Part shown: positions 1-8,727 of the stretch, piece after piece
Layout: every line of letters starts with the position of its first letter
How positions within the stretch are numbered: position 1 is the stretch's first letter
Origin: Flavobacteriales bacterium
GTDB taxonomy: Bacteria > Bacteroidota > Bacteroidia > Flavobacteriales_D > Sanyastnellaceae
NCBI GenBank assembly: GCA_030728235.1
Contig: JANRAA010000099.1
Coordinates: 1-33,785, forward strand
DNA: 33,785 nt
Direction: 5' to 3'
The notes under the pieces: model-generated
Seen by the model: only the letters and a program-made list of their open reading frames with translations
Told to the model about the DNA's origin: nothing
The model's database searches: none
Position numbers and translations under genes: made by a program

Positions 1-233
1 GTCAATGATTTAGAACCCTGAAATGATGAAATAGCCCAAGGTTGAGGATTCCCAATCGCGACTTTTCTGCAGGCGTCTTGGTCGAAATCGTCGATGTCGG
101 GACGCGACTTTCCAATTAAATAGGTGGCCGACAATCCGCGTAAAACATGGCTGTTCCCTGTTACGACAAGTAAAAGTGCCAGCGACCCGATCACGATGAA
201 GAGCCACTTAATGGTCCGAATCAATATCCTCAT
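1..233 (-). CDS. Partial CDS (N-terminus only, runs off the left edge): membrane-anchored protein, possibly a beta-lactamase-family serine hydrolase
   Basis: Absent from the supplied ORF track because it has no stop inside the window. My translation from the ATG at 233 (minus) is open to nt 1: MRILIRTIKWLFIVIGSLALLLVVTGNSHVLRGLSATYLIGKSRPDIDDFDQDACRKVAIGNPQPWAISSFQGSKSL. It has a hydrophobic N-terminal helix. The family call rests only on remembered similarity of such N-termini. Confidence 0.4.
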   Translation of the reverse strand, partial: MRILIRTIKWLFIVIGSLALLLVVTGNSHVLRGLSATYLIGKSRPDIDDFDQDACRKVAIGNPQPWAISSFQGSKSL

Positions 234-314
234 GATCCAATATTACGCAACTTTAATCGTCATTTGTCGGCTAAATCGCGGAACTTTTTACCGTTTGACT
301 ATGTATAACGTAAC

Positions 315-1154
315 ATGCGCACATGGTTCCTTTTATTCCTTTTGTCCTCCCTCTCGGGAGGGATGTTTGGTCAACTCGATCTCGTTGAACTTAGAGATAG
401 ATACAATGCGGGTCAAATCTCTGATGTCCTCGAAATTCTCTCAGATCCAGAATCAGCTGAATTCGTCTTTTTGAAGGCCGACTGCTTGCACAAGCTTGGA
501 GATTTCGACGAGGCGATTGTGCTCTACAACGAGGCTTTGAAAGCGTTGCCTTACAACCCGCAATTGATTTTGAATGCAGCCATTTGTAATCACTCTGCTG
601 GAAATTACTTGGATTCAGATAAGGGATTAACAGCAGCAAAGAAGCTTTCTGGGAACTCTCCTAAAATCAATTATTATTTCGGTGCGAATCGATACATGGA
701 AGGTGAACTGATACAAGCTGTCGATTATTTGAATGACGCGTTAGCCGCCGACAAGGAGTATTTCGACGCCATCTACTTGCTTGCTGCATGCAAAGCCGAA
801 CTTGGTGAGCGAGAGGCGGCTGCTGAACTTTACGATGAATGTGCGAAACTAGATCCTGCGATGAAAAGGGTGAATTTGAATCGTGCAAACTTGTTGTTCG
901 ACGATGCGAAGTATGCACAGGCTTTAGACGTTTATTCTCGATTGCTAACCTGCAAGGATAGAGATGTTATCAAAGAAGCTTATTACTTCAGAGCAGCATG
1001 CAGATTTTATTTGCATGATAGCGAGGGAGCTTGTGAAGATTGGACTGCTGCCGCCAAAATGGGCGATGAAGACGCTCGTGAGCACGTGCTAACCCAATGT
1101 CAAGGAAAAACCAGAAAGCTCAAAACACGCAAGTCTTCATACAACGCGTTCTAA
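315..1154 (+). CDS. Secreted TPR-repeat protein
   Basis: 279-aa ORF with an N-terminal signal peptide (MRTWFLLFLLSSLSGGMFGQ). Repeated 34-aa A/Y/L-rich helical pairs typical of TPR (e.g. CLHKLGDFDEAIVLYNEALKALPYNP, EREAAAELYDECAKLDP). Confidence 0.75.
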   Translation: MRTWFLLFLLSSLSGGMFGQLDLVELRDRYNAGQISDVLEILSDPESAEFVFLKADCLHKLGDFDEAIVLYNEALKALPYNPQLILNAAICNHSAGNYLDSDKGLTAAKKLSGNSPKINYYFGANRYMEGELIQAVDYLNDALAADKEYFDAIYLLAACKAELGEREAAAELYDECAKLDPAMKRVNLNRANLLFDDAKYAQALDVYSRLLTCKDRDVIKEAYYFRAACRFYLHDSEGACEDWTAAAKMGDEDAREHVLTQCQGKTRKLKTRKSSYNAF

Positions 1155-1849
1155 TCGGCAATCATTTGTGCGTCAAACAGCAAAGACAATTCTTTGTTTA
1201 GTTGTTTTTTCACGAGTGAGAGATCAACGGCGTTGCCGATTTCTTGTTGCATACTCGTAACTCCTTTGTCGGAAATTCCACACGGCACAATCATATCGAA
1301 ATAACCGAGGTCGGTATTGGCATTCAGTGCAAAGCCATGCATGGTAACCCAACGACTGCACTTAACTCCCATGGCCGCAATTTTTCGTGGATTTGAACTG
1401 CCAACCCCAACCCAAACTCCTGTCAATCCATCAATTCTTCCAGCTTCTATGCCCCAGTTGCTGAGCATACGAATGATGGCCTCCTCCAAATAACGAAGGT
1501 ATTTGTGAATGTCGGTAAAGAATTGATCAAGATCCAAAATAGGATAGCCAACAATCTGCCCAGGGCCATGATACGTGATGTCGCCTCCGCGATTTATTTT
1601 GAAATAAGTAGCTCCTGCCTTCGAAAGCTCTTCGTCACTGAGCAATAAATTTTCCTCATCACCGCTTTTCCCCAATGTAAAAACATGTGGGTGTTCAACG
1701 TACAAGAAGTGATTCTCAGGAAGCTCAGTTGTCTCTCCCTTTCGAGCAGCAATTTTTAGATCTATGGCCTTGTTGAAAAGGTCTTCCTGTACTTTCCAGG
1801 TTGCACCAAACTCCATGCGGCCTAGGTCTCGTACGTGTATTTTTTTCAC
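1151..1849 (-). CDS. lipB: Lipoyl(octanoyl) transferase
   Basis: 232 aa with the LipB signature RGGDITYHGPGQIVGYPILDL, a KIAAMGV lysine segment and the VPCGI active-site Cys. GTG start overlaps the upstream stop by 4 nt (GTGA). Confidence 0.9.
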   Translation of the reverse strand: MKKIHVRDLGRMEFGATWKVQEDLFNKAIDLKIAARKGETTELPENHFLYVEHPHVFTLGKSGDEENLLLSDEELSKAGATYFKINRGGDITYHGPGQIVGYPILDLDQFFTDIHKYLRYLEEAIIRMLSNWGIEAGRIDGLTGVWVGVGSSNPRKIAAMGVKCSRWVTMHGFALNANTDLGYFDMIVPCGISDKGVTSMQQEIGNAVDLSLVKKQLNKELSLLFDAQMIAD

Positions 1850-2835
1850 GAGTGCTTGCTCAGTTCGTTCTTCAAAAAATCAATAGAAACAATTGAAACA
1901 GGGTCTACGCCGTGCTTTTCTGCCAACAATAAAGAAACCCAATCGCCCAAGGTGACGAAGAACATGACGCGTTGCAATCGGTTGTTGCCCCGATCTTCAA
2001 TCTCTACAACTGTAGCCCCTTTTTTCTCATACAACTGTTTGGTTATGTTCATGCGCATCGCACTGCGTGGATGGTCATCGCCTGATTTGAGCATCAAGAC
2101 GATGATGTCTGAACTTCCGCCTTCCCAGCCAACAATTTCGTTGTGATTCATCTCTGGATAAACGTGGTGCCAACACAACATTTTGCTGTTCTCATTGATT
2201 TGCTGACGCCACCGGGTAATTACACCCTCCAAACGCACCTCGGCATAGATGGCTGGAATTTTATTCCCAATTGCATCTGCGATGGATGTTGCACGAGAAA
2301 CCACTGTGGAATGCACTGACTGCAAGAAGGTGCCCAACCCACTTACCTGTTCCCACCAATCATTGGAAATGATTTGATAGTGCACAAGCAGTCTGAAAAG
2401 GGAAACGATGCTATAACCGAATTGAGATCTAGGTGGCTGTCCACCAGGTATTTCGATGCAATTCAATCCGTGCTGTTCCGATAACAGTAAAACGGCGCCT
2501 CCAGAAGTGATGCTGGCTACAACAGCCTTGGCTTTGATGGCCTGTTCCATCGCTGAAACAGTTTCTTCGGTATTTCCTGAGTAACTCGAAATTATCACCA
2601 AACTTTTCGTTCCAACGAATCCTGGTAAGGTGTAGTCGTTGCAAATGAAAACAGGAACTTTGGCCTCATCTTGTATCAGCTGAGCAGCTATCTTTCCTCC
2701 AATTCCAGAACCACCAAGTCCACAGATAATAAGGTTCGTAAACTGCTCACCAGTAAACACAAGTGATGTGTTATCTGCGTTTGAATATGCTTTGTCTAAT
2801 TGCGAAGGAAAATCTTCTATAAGTTGGCGCATCAT
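1846..2835 (-). CDS. SIS-domain bifunctional phosphoglucose/phosphomannose isomerase-like protein
   Basis: SIS motifs GLGGSGIGG and SYSGNTEET. The track ORF extends to 2865, but a TAnnTTTG box at 2853-2860 lies inside that extension. The ATG pair at 2835/2832 (MMRQLIEDFP) is therefore the more likely start. Confidence 0.75.
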   Translation of the reverse strand: MMRQLIEDFPSQLDKAYSNADNTSLVFTGEQFTNLIICGLGGSGIGGKIAAQLIQDEAKVPVFICNDYTLPGFVGTKSLVIISSYSGNTEETVSAMEQAIKAKAVVASITSGGAVLLLSEQHGLNCIEIPGGQPPRSQFGYSIVSLFRLLVHYQIISNDWWEQVSGLGTFLQSVHSTVVSRATSIADAIGNKIPAIYAEVRLEGVITRWRQQINENSKMLCWHHVYPEMNHNEIVGWEGGSSDIIVLMLKSGDDHPRSAMRMNITKQLYEKKGATVVEIEDRGNNRLQRVMFFVTLGDWVSLLLAEKHGVDPVSIVSIDFLKNELSKHS

Positions 2836-2852
2836 GGGGTGTCGCTTTTGCG

Positions 2853-2860
2853 CAAAGGTA
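2853..2860 (-). promoter_or_regulatory. Bacteroidota sigma-A -7 box (TACCTTTG on minus strand)
   Basis: Exact TAnnTTTG match, about 13 nt upstream of the ATG at 2835. Confidence 0.35.
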
Positions 2861-2884
2861 AACATGTAGATTGTATTACTCTAA

Positions 2885-5800
2885 TCAACGCAAAAGAGTA
2901 ACATGACCGGTGTATTTTTCGCGAATCTTTAACGTATCGCTGCCCACAACAATATCGTAAACATAAACGCCATCTTTCGCGTAATGATCGCCGCCTTTTA
3001 CGTCGCCTATCCATGCTTTACCAAGCTGGTCGGTTTCGAAAATCACCTCACCCCATCGGTCATAAATGCGGAATAGATACTCATCTACTTCAGTGCCGCT
3101 GATTACGGGCAAGAAAACTTCATTTATTCCATCCCCGTCTGGAGTAAAGGCATTCGGGACAAATACTATGAGTGCGGGTTGCATATCTACCAAACGAAGT
3201 GTAGAATCAACGCACCCGAACTGATTGGTAACAAATTGCCAAATTTCATACTCCCCAGGAGTGCTAAACTCGTGGCTAAACTCGTCGTTCAGGTATAAAC
3301 CTCCGTCTGAAATGGTGTACATCCACGAAGTGGCGCCCAAAGATTGATCGTTAATGGTAACAATTGGTGTTTGTGTTGTTACTTCATTCGGACTATAACT
3401 GAATCCCGAAATTGGATTTGGGAACACAACAAGATTTGTTGTAGATGTAGATGCGCTTTCACAGCCTTGATCTGAAATCGAAACCAAACCAATACTGTGT
3501 TGGCCAGGGCCAATGTTATTCAAAGCAAACTCAAAACCTTGACCTACAGCAACACCGTCGACCAACCAGATATTCCCAGAAATTTCCCCTGAACTGATTT
3601 GTGAATTATCTGTCAAAAGAACGTCGACGTTTTCACAAGTCGAATTCGAACTCATTTCAAAAGCAACACTCGGTAATGGATACACTTCGATGTCTATTGC
3701 CTCTACAGATTCACATCCTGCATCACTCACGGCGGTAAGTGAAATGGTATACGTACCGGGATTATTGAAAGTGTATTCAAGCTGTTCAGAAGAAGAGGTG
3801 TTGCCATCTCCTGTGTCCCAAAGATATTCGCTCACAACTCCGCTTGAAATGCTTGTCTGATTGATCGAGAATACGCTTGCCTCGGCACATGGGTTTTCTA
3901 CTTCAAAATCGATAAGGGGTAAAGGAGAAATAGCAAGTGGAAGATCAAGTGTGTCGATGCATCCAAACGAGCTTTGTGTGACCAAACGAATCAGGTAGTT
4001 GCCACTTTCGATGTTGAACAATGGTTCTGGATTCTCATCCAAAGAAAACAATGTTTCATCAATGTACCACTGCCATTCAGTAATAGACGGGGCGTCAATA
4101 AATGATGAATTGCTAACCTCCACACCTGATCCTTCGCAAATGTCTTGCACCGTAAACTCACTTGTTGGGGTTGGATAGACCTCGTTTTCTGTAGTAATGG
4201 ATGTTGTGCATCCTTGATCGGATGTAGCGCTCAACTGCGTGGTATAAACACCTGAGCCAGGCGGTTGAAACACATAAAAGGGATCAGTGGTTGTTGCTGA
4301 TTGTCCGTTTATTTCCCATGCATAAGAAACAACAGAACCAGAGCCAATAGATGACGTAGCTTCCAAAAGCACATTTGGTTGCCAGCACAAAACCGAACCA
4401 CTCATCGATACTGTTGGCTGAGGCCAAATGTTGAAATCAATAGTGTCAGCAGACAGACAACCATTCAAATCGGCATAGGTATAAACAAGTTCAACAGGAC
4501 CATTTATGCTTGAGGGGTCAAGCGATGTAAGTATTTGACCATCAATACTATAGCTTCCTCCTTCAGGTGTTCCAGTAGTAAAAATCAATTCAGGATCGCC
4601 ATTGCACAAGTCGATTTGCGGCGAAAGTGCAACCAAAGGCAGGGCTGCTATTTCAACGAAAGTGGTGTCAGTATTGGTACAACCTTCATCATCGGTAAAC
4701 GCATAAATAACCTCGTACACACCTGGATTCATGGTGGTTTCGAAAGCCGTTTCATTGACCCCGGCAACCGAATATTCACCGCCTATTGGCATTCCTGTGT
4801 TTAGAACAATCGGGTCACTGTCGAAGCAAACCAATTCTGGAAGTACAACATCTACAACAGGCAATTGATTCACAACAACGTCTATGTCGAGATCGTAAGT
4901 GCAGTCATCGAAACTTCCTGTAATGGTCAAAACGGTGCTTTGCGAAGCATTTATCCAAACATCATTGCCATTTAATGTTGCAATTGTAGGATCATTCAGT
5001 GCGTAGGAGTCAGCTCCTGAAAGCGCTGTGGCGACACTATCTCCGAAGCAGTAAGCACTGATTGGGGTTGCTTCGAACGTAAATTCGGTAACTACAATGG
5101 GGTCGGTGCATTGAATAAAGAACGGACAACCATTTCCGTCTTCCATAATCAATGACGGACAATACTCTCCAGGTTCAGTGTATGTGTGTGAAGTTTGGGT
5201 GTTGTTGTTTGGGTCTCCAAATCCGTCACCAAATTCCCAGAAATATGTGAATGTGTTATCGGCAACATTATAGGCATCAAACGTTGTTTGGAATGGGGCA
5301 CAACTGGTTTGATCTAAGCCGATTGTGATAGGGCCTATTGCATTTCCATAGTTGAAAATATCAGGAACTAGCAGGGTGTCGGTGCAACCAAATTCATTAC
5401 AAACTACAAGCTCAACGTCGTATACACCTATTTGATAAGTATGGTATGGACTTGCGCTGCTAGCCCCTTGTTCATCCCCGAAATCCCAATTTGTACAAGT
5501 CAAATTCCCGGTTGATGTATTGGTGAATTGAACACCGAATAAACAGTTGTTGACTTGGTTTTGATAATCAAAAGAAGCCACGGGGTTGATTATTGAAACA
5601 AGTCCTGGCTGACATAAACTTTGTTGGCATCCTTGGGTGTTTTCCACCGTCAGACAAATTGTATAATCGCCATTTTCAGAGAACACATGCCATGGGTGAA
5701 CATCCGAAGTCAAATTATCTGATCCTGAAGCGGGGTCTCCAAAATCCCAATAGTAACCAGCTATGCTTCCTGTTGAATTGTTTTCAATGAAGATAGTGTC

Positions 5801-8527
5801 CCCAATACAGTTTGGGTTTGTAAGCACTGTAAAATCAGGGACGGGCGGAGGCACTAGATCTATAACATGAGTCACCGTCGAACTGCAGCCAAAATTGTCC
5901 TCTGCTGTAAATGTGGCCTCGAAAGCGTAATCCCATGGTGGAAAAAACTGATGCGTTGTGTTTAGTTCGTTAGACGTCGTTCCGTCAGCAAAAGTCCATG
6001 TCCATGTATCGAGAAAATTTCCGGTTGGAATGAAATCAATTAATACACTATCGCAACCCTCAATTATGACAGTATTAAAATCGGAGAAGAATTGATCGTT
6101 GTATACATAAATCCTATCTTCCTTTATAGAAGAATACGAACAACCACTTTCATCAGTCACGTTTAACACAATGTCATAATATCCACCTTGGGTGTAAACA
6201 ACGTCTGGCCACCAATTCGAATTGAAAGAAAAGGTAGCATATGAGCTTTGTCCGTTAGGCCAATAGGTGTAAACCTGCCAAATATTCAATGTCGAATTCC
6301 AATCTGCAGTTAACGTTGTTCCATTCCCAAAATCAACATCCCAATGCGGGTATTGAGCATAATCGAGCGTACTAAAATTGGGGCTCAAAGGGGCACACCC
6401 TTGAAACGGAAAAGCGGCGAGATGGATGTCAGGAAGTTCAGTTGAAATAACGGCTGTGCGAATGTCTTCGCAACCGGTTGTAAAATTGTAGGCATACAAT
6501 GTTACTGTATATGTTCCAATACCTGGATAAACATGACTCGGCGCAGGGTCATTGATGACCAAGGGAGAACCATCCCCAAAATCCCAAACCAATGAATCGG
6601 CATCAATAGACGTGTCTGTAAAATATACAGTTTCTAAAGATGTGCAGTCTTGGTCAAAATCAAACAACGCAACAGGACCACCGATGTAAATGTAGTTTTC
6701 TAGATGAATCAGAGCGTTGCAAGCAAGGTTATATACACTAAGCGTTACATCGAAGTATCCCGTATCAAGATAATCATGCACAATACAGTCTTGAGGAAAG
6801 CTGGTAATTTGCCAGCCTGTGTTGTCATCAAAATTCCATGCATAGATGGTGCTTTCTTCCATTTCTGTGCAAAATGTCACGGGAATTCCAGCACATGTAA
6901 TGGTCTCTGAAGCAGCGAAATCAGCAACAACATTCGGTTGTACAAGTATCTCTGTTTCCGAAATAACAGTATTCGTGCAACCACTGACTGTGGTTATTGC
7001 AACCTCAACATTGTACTCACCTGGTTCGGTATAGCTGTAATTGGGATTTGAACCCGAAGCATCAAAAATCCCATCTTGATTGAAGTCCCAAAGCAATGTA
7101 CTGATTGCATCTACACTTTCAATTGAAATATTGGTTACCAACACAGGTTGATCTGTGCATATAACGTCAGGTAAATTGAAGTTTATCGTAGGCTCTGCAA
7201 GGGTAATGTAATCTGCATAATTAAGTGTATCAGCACAACCGGTTGAGGTGGTCACGACCAGTCCGACATCATACACGCCATAACCGTTGAAGGTGTATTG
7301 TAAATTTTCATCAGCGCTAACGGAAACGCCGTTAATCAGCCATTCGTAGCCGTTTATAGACTGACCGCTGCTTTGGTTGTTAAAATTAACGATAAAGGGT
7401 GTTTGACAGCCAACAAGGTCGTCTCCTGAAAAATCGGTATTCAATGCTTGTAACACGTCAATTGTGACGTCGCCCAAGCTGAACCCAAGACAGTTTGATG
7501 AATAAATTGAAGTGAGAACTGGATTGAACTGACCAGGGGTATCAAAAGCGTAGGCAACTGTGCTTCCTGTTGCATCTTCAACGCCATCACCATCAAAATC
7601 CCACGATTGCGCGTTCGCTGGTGGTGTGCTTGTATCTGTGAAGAACAGAACTCCTCCAGCGCAAACGGTGTTGCTGCTAACAGTAAATGTTGGTGTAGGA
7701 GGCGCTACAATAGAGACTTCGGTGCAAAAAGTACTTGAACATTCTTGGGTGTTTGTTACAGTTAGACAAACGTCATAGTCTCCCAAAGCATTAAAAGAGT
7801 GGTTACTGCCAGCGTTTCCATTCAAACTCTGTGTAAAGCCATCCCCAAAGTCCCAAAACGAATTTATAATTCCAGATCCAGAACTTAGATTCGAAAAGTT
7901 TACCAGTGATGGTGGATTGCAATCTGTAATGTTCGATGCTCCAATATTGGCGGTTGGGAAATTACCACTAACACTGATTAAACCCGGAGAAGAGGTAGAA
8001 TTGAAACAGCCGAATTCATCTTCTACAGATAAAATAGGTGTGTAGTTCCCCGTAGCGGAGAAGCAATAACTCGGGTTTTGGTCAGATGAAATTACCCCAT
8101 TGCCAAAATCCCAATCCCATGATACGATTTCTCCATCTGTAACCAAGGAATTATCTGTAAACTGAACACAATGAGGCAAACACCCTGATTGATCATCTAC
8201 AGAAAAACTAACTTGTGGTATGGCGTGTACTATTAAAAAATCATTGAAAACCGTTGTTTGATTTCCATTGATGGTCAAGGATATATCATAACTCCCCGGG
8301 GTTGAGAAAATATCAATGTATTGACTCGAAATCGATGTAGATATAGAATTGTCGGGGTAAGTGACTGTCCATTGGTAGGACGTAATTGTAGACGCGGCAG
8401 GAGAGGTCACTACAATATTGACAGGCAACGGTGCACACCCTTCGGTTTCAACCGCGCTGATTGTAATTTGGGCATTGGTGACACCAAAAAACATGAGGCC
8501 AATAAGTACTAAAAATATCCTTCCCAC
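2885..8527 (-). CDS. Giant PKD-repeat cell-surface protein with gliding-motility-associated C-terminal domain (T9SS type B sorting domain)
   Basis: 1880 aa with a GTG start and signal peptide (MGRIFLVLIGLMFFGVTNAQ). About 18 PKD-like repeats carry the W-x-F-G-D-G / GxYxVxL / GC signature. The C-terminus FVPNAFTPDGDGINEVF...RIYDRWGEVIF matches the type B T9SS CTD (TIGR04131-like). Confidence 0.9.
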   Translation of the reverse strand: MGRIFLVLIGLMFFGVTNAQITISAVETEGCAPLPVNIVVTSPAASTITSYQWTVTYPDNSISTSISSQYIDIFSTPGSYDISLTINGNQTTVFNDFLIVHAIPQVSFSVDDQSGCLPHCVQFTDNSLVTDGEIVSWDWDFGNGVISSDQNPSYCFSATGNYTPILSVEDEFGCFNSTSSPGLISVSGNFPTANIGASNITDCNPPSLVNFSNLSSGSGIINSFWDFGDGFTQSLNGNAGSNHSFNALGDYDVCLTVTNTQECSSTFCTEVSIVAPPTPTFTVSSNTVCAGGVLFFTDTSTPPANAQSWDFDGDGVEDATGSTVAYAFDTPGQFNPVLTSIYSSNCLGFSLGDVTIDVLQALNTDFSGDDLVGCQTPFIVNFNNQSSGQSINGYEWLINGVSVSADENLQYTFNGYGVYDVGLVVTTSTGCADTLNYADYITLAEPTINFNLPDVICTDQPVLVTNISIESVDAISTLLWDFNQDGIFDASGSNPNYSYTEPGEYNVEVAITTVSGCTNTVISETEILVQPNVVADFAASETITCAGIPVTFCTEMEESTIYAWNFDDNTGWQITSFPQDCIVHDYLDTGYFDVTLSVYNLACNALIHLENYIYIGGPVALFDFDQDCTSLETVYFTDTSIDADSLVWDFGDGSPLVINDPAPSHVYPGIGTYTVTLYAYNFTTGCEDIRTAVISTELPDIHLAAFPFQGCAPLSPNFSTLDYAQYPHWDVDFGNGTTLTADWNSTLNIWQVYTYWPNGQSSYATFSFNSNWWPDVVYTQGGYYDIVLNVTDESGCSYSSIKEDRIYVYNDQFFSDFNTVIIEGCDSVLIDFIPTGNFLDTWTWTFADGTTSNELNTTHQFFPPWDYAFEATFTAEDNFGCSSTVTHVIDLVPPPVPDFTVLTNPNCIGDTIFIENNSTGSIAGYYWDFGDPASGSDNLTSDVHPWHVFSENGDYTICLTVENTQGCQQSLCQPGLVSIINPVASFDYQNQVNNCLFGVQFTNTSTGNLTCTNWDFGDEQGASSASPYHTYQIGVYDVELVVCNEFGCTDTLLVPDIFNYGNAIGPITIGLDQTSCAPFQTTFDAYNVADNTFTYFWEFGDGFGDPNNNTQTSHTYTEPGEYCPSLIMEDGNGCPFFIQCTDPIVVTEFTFEATPISAYCFGDSVATALSGADSYALNDPTIATLNGNDVWINASQSTVLTITGSFDDCTYDLDIDVVVNQLPVVDVVLPELVCFDSDPIVLNTGMPIGGEYSVAGVNETAFETTMNPGVYEVIYAFTDDEGCTNTDTTFVEIAALPLVALSPQIDLCNGDPELIFTTGTPEGGSYSIDGQILTSLDPSSINGPVELVYTYADLNGCLSADTIDFNIWPQPTVSMSGSVLCWQPNVLLEATSSIGSGSVVSYAWEINGQSATTTDPFYVFQPPGSGVYTTQLSATSDQGCTTSITTENEVYPTPTSEFTVQDICEGSGVEVSNSSFIDAPSITEWQWYIDETLFSLDENPEPLFNIESGNYLIRLVTQSSFGCIDTLDLPLAISPLPLIDFEVENPCAEASVFSINQTSISSGVVSEYLWDTGDGNTSSSEQLEYTFNNPGTYTISLTAVSDAGCESVEAIDIEVYPLPSVAFEMSSNSTCENVDVLLTDNSQISSGEISGNIWLVDGVAVGQGFEFALNNIGPGQHSIGLVSISDQGCESASTSTTNLVVFPNPISGFSYSPNEVTTQTPIVTINDQSLGATSWMYTISDGGLYLNDEFSHEFSTPGEYEIWQFVTNQFGCVDSTLRLVDMQPALIVFVPNAFTPDGDGINEVFLPVISGTEVDEYLFRIYDRWGEVIFETDQLGKAWIGDVKGGDHYAKDGVYVYDIVVGSDTLKIREKYTGHVTLLR

Positions 8528-8564
8528 AACTCCTTATTGATTAGCAAGCAGTCCTTTTCGTTAG

Positions 8565-8572
8565 CAAAAATA
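8565..8572 (-). promoter_or_regulatory. -7 box TATTTTTG (minus strand) for the adhesin gene
   Basis: Exact TAnnTTTG, 38 nt upstream of the GTG at 8527. Confidence 0.35.
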
Positions 8573-8698
8573 CAAAGGCTTGTTGATAAGACGTTGATGT
8601 TGGTGCAACAGTTGCGTCGAAATCACGACTTTTTAGACGAATGAACATAAATTAGTCACGGATAACGTCGCGATTAGCAATTGCTTGAAAGAGTTCGC

Positions 8699-8706
8699 TA
8701 TTTTTG
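8699..8706 (+). promoter_or_regulatory. -7 box TATTTTTG for lysS
   Basis: Exact TAnnTTTG, 22 nt upstream of the ATG at 8728. Confidence 0.4.
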
Positions 8707-8727
8707 CAACCATCCTAGAGAACCATT

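Noticed and set aside
10-474. Track ORFs 10-207 (minus) and 124-474 (plus) at the left edge.
   Set aside because: Both are out of frame with better-supported genes: the edge-truncated minus-strand CDS 1-233 and the TPR gene from 315. Their translations are Arg/Cys-rich nonsense typical of off-frame reading.
4535-8512. Multiple 60-90-aa plus-strand ORFs inside the adhesin gene.
   Set aside because: They are antisense or off-frame to an uninterrupted 1880-aa ORF with periodic PKD motifs, so they are random open frames.
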